The position numbers and the translations under genes were made by a program. The notes beneath the pieces were generated by a model. That model saw nothing but the letters and a program-made list of their open reading frames with translations, made no database searches and was not told the origin of the DNA. 58,387 nt of DNA from IMG/VR virus record IMGVR_UViG_3300008122_000003, positions 1 to 58,387 of that record; one strand, given 5' to 3'. The DNA comes from a virus. Lineage: Duplodnaviria > Caudoviricetes. This document shows, in pieces, positions 56,909-58,387 of the stretch (position 1 is its first letter; each line of letters opens with the position of its first letter).

Positions 56909-57352
56909 ATGAAAAGCCAAATCAACAAGCTCTCCCTGTCTTGGTCCACCTCTAAAGGTCGTGACACTTTCGGCTACAACATCTGCCGCCTTGATGATCG
57001 CAACGATGGGCGCCGTTTCCGTACTATCGGTGGTGGGTATGACATGGTTGGCACAGTGTTCGGTGACTGGCTGGAAGCTAATTACCAGAATGAATTGCAG
57101 GCAATCAAAGCCCGCGCCCATTACTTGTCCGATGAAAACGGGACAGTAGCAAACCCTCGCACAGATAGCCTTTACGGCATGCGCTGGACAAAGGATAACC
57201 GCGTAACTCTGGACGGTGCTTGCGGTATCGACTCCATGATGAATATCGCCAAGGAGATCGGTCTGGAAGTTGAGCGCGATTATATTGCCAAGGGTCGCCG
57301 CCGTGGCGAAACAATCGGCTGGTTTGTCCAGATGAAAAAGGCCCAATCATGA
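56909..57352 (+). CDS. Conserved early hypothetical protein
   Basis: RBS AAGGA; GGGYDM.GT, LDGACG..SM..IA..IG. Confidence 0.8.
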   Translation: MKSQINKLSLSWSTSKGRDTFGYNICRLDDRNDGRRFRTIGGGYDMVGTVFGDWLEANYQNELQAIKARAHYLSDENGTVANPRTDSLYGMRWTKDNRVTLDGACGIDSMMNIAKEIGLEVERDYIAKGRRRGETIGWFVQMKKAQS

Positions 57353-57468
57353 CTGCCCGCAATCTGGCACAAACGGCCCGCGCATTGTGGGCACAAGGGA
57401 AATATATTGCGGCGTCCCATGTTTGGCGGCGAGCAATGCAAACACATATTAACGAGAGGAAAGGATAA
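57349..57468 (+). CDS. Small hypothetical protein (39 aa)
   Basis: ATGA coupling; fills gap. Confidence 0.5.
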   Translation: MTARNLAQTARALWAQGKYIAASHVWRRAMQTHINERKG

Positions 57469-57474
57469 TTTATC

Positions 57475-57747
57475 ATGGAAAACAAACTGATCATTAAGCA
57501 AGTAAAGGATCTCATTCGCGCCCCTTATTCTTCAGTAGGTGGCTACCCGAAATTTTTGGTAATGAATGATTCAGAGTGTTTGTGCCATAAGTGCACCAAA
57601 GAAAACTTCAGTTTGATTGTTCGCTCAACTGGTTTTAATTATTTCGACGGATGGCAAGCGTATGGTGTCGATATTAATTGGGAATCAGAAATCAATTGCG
57701 CTCATTGTGGTGAGCTCATCGAATCCGCGTACGAGGTGGCAGAATGA
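57475..57747 (+). CDS. Hypothetical Zn-binding early protein
   Basis: GGYP...D.ECLC.KC...INWE...CAHCG..IESAY. Confidence 0.75.
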   Translation: MENKLIIKQVKDLIRAPYSSVGGYPKFLVMNDSECLCHKCTKENFSLIVRSTGFNYFDGWQAYGVDINWESEINCAHCGELIESAYEVAE

Positions 57748-57911
57748 AAGCGCAAGAAAACATCGAATACCTGATCGCCTTTTACCTTGACTGGGTTAAT
57801 AACTGGCTGACACCGAAAGCGATGGCCGATCATTACGGCGTTTCCATTTCCGAGTGCACGGCGATGATCGACGCGGGCCGCGCCCTGTTTGATACGAGGG
57901 CCGCCAAATGA
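57744..57911 (+). CDS. Small hypothetical protein (55 aa, YLDWVNNWLT...)
   Basis: Not in ORF track; RBS GAGGT; coupled on both sides. Confidence 0.65.
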   Translation: MKAQENIEYLIAFYLDWVNNWLTPKAMADHYGVSISECTAMIDAGRALFDTRAAK

Positions 57912-58090
57912 CAGAAGAGCGCAAAGCCGCCATCCTTGCTTGTCTCGCCGCCTTGCCAATGTTCGCTTGGCTGGTGTTCCCCGAGCTTAGCTTTATGGGG
58001 CTGATAAAGCTGGGGGTTGTAGTGGTGATCGGGGCGGGGGTGGCGATGGCCATCCATTGCAAAGAAGATAAACAGAATGGGGAGGGGTGA
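57908..58090 (+). CDS. Small membrane protein
   Basis: Two hydrophobic helices; coupled. Confidence 0.6.
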   Translation: MTEERKAAILACLAALPMFAWLVFPELSFMGLIKLGVVVVIGAGVAMAIHCKEDKQNGEG

Positions 58091-58092
58091 AC

Positions 58093-58194
58093 ATGGCCGA
58101 TACTAAAAAGTTCAGACCTATGAAAGGCGTTGACTTAGTGGGCGAGCCTGTATTCCCGCTGATCGCCATGCCTAAAATAGATGGGATCCGATAG
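58093..58194 (+). pseudogene. Truncated ATP-dependent DNA ligase N-terminus (33 aa)
   Basis: RBS GGAGG; MADTKKFRPM...FPLIAMPKIDGIR* ends at ligase motif I (KxDGxR). Confidence 0.65.
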
Positions 58195-58216
58195 ACATTA
58201 CCGACTACTAAACCAT

Positions 58217-58245
58217 AAGGCCCGCCATTGTGCGGGCTTTCTTTT
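58217..58245 (+). terminator. Terminator
   Basis: 28/29 identical to 56434-56462. Confidence 0.8.
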
Positions 58246-58259
58246 GCCTGCCGTTACGC

Positions 58260-58387
58260 CCATCCCTATCTGTCCCTGCCATCCCTATCTGTCCCTATCT
58301 GTCCCTGCCATCCCTATCTGTCCCTGCCATCCCTATCTGTCCCTGCCATCCCTATCTGTCCCTGCCATCCCTATCTGTCCCTGCCAT
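58260..58387. repeat. 19-bp tandem repeat, right contig end (5 full + 2 partial units and one extra 10-bp TATCTGTCCC)
   Basis: Read directly. Confidence 0.97.

Noticed and set aside
58260-58387. True terminal direct repeats or a CRISPR array
   Set aside because: Spacer-less tandem array; lambda-type terminase suggests cos ends; an assembly break is the simpler explanation

Overview
Essentially complete ~58.4 kb genome of a Chi-like (Casjensviridae-type) siphophage, probably infecting a Gammaproteobacterium (the host cannot be determined from sequence alone). The contig begins and ends inside the same 19-bp tandem repeat. Layout: (1) ~1.1 kb non-coding left end with a candidate cos site and origin. 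(2) Rightward replication module: AlpA-like HTH, prim-pol/VirE primase-helicase, DUF2800 nuclease, DUF2815 SSB, family A polymerase, VRR-NUC, SNF2 helicase. (3) Lambda-like packaging, head and tail genes; TerL carries a Pro-initiated class 3 mini-intein, and an Arc + DNA methyltransferase moron sits inside the tail operon. (4) Lysis cassette. (5) Leftward then rightward early/accessory regions driven by five sigma70-type promoters that share a palindromic operator-like core. No integrase, tRNA or CRISPR array was recognised. Most notable unexplained items: a ~390-nt highly structured non-coding transcript with its own promoter and terminator and a loop complementary to the 16S rRNA 3' end (50887-51280); a convergent five-gene operon led by a Gly-rich/coiled-coil 'CCCET' protein with an apparent -1 frameshift tail; a shared acidic C-terminal (D/E)nL tail on at least 12 unrelated proteins; a truncated DNA ligase stub; and a probably deleted C5-methyltransferase-like gene. 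Starts were refined by eye using RBS positions. Family assignments rest on motif recognition and synteny, not database searches.
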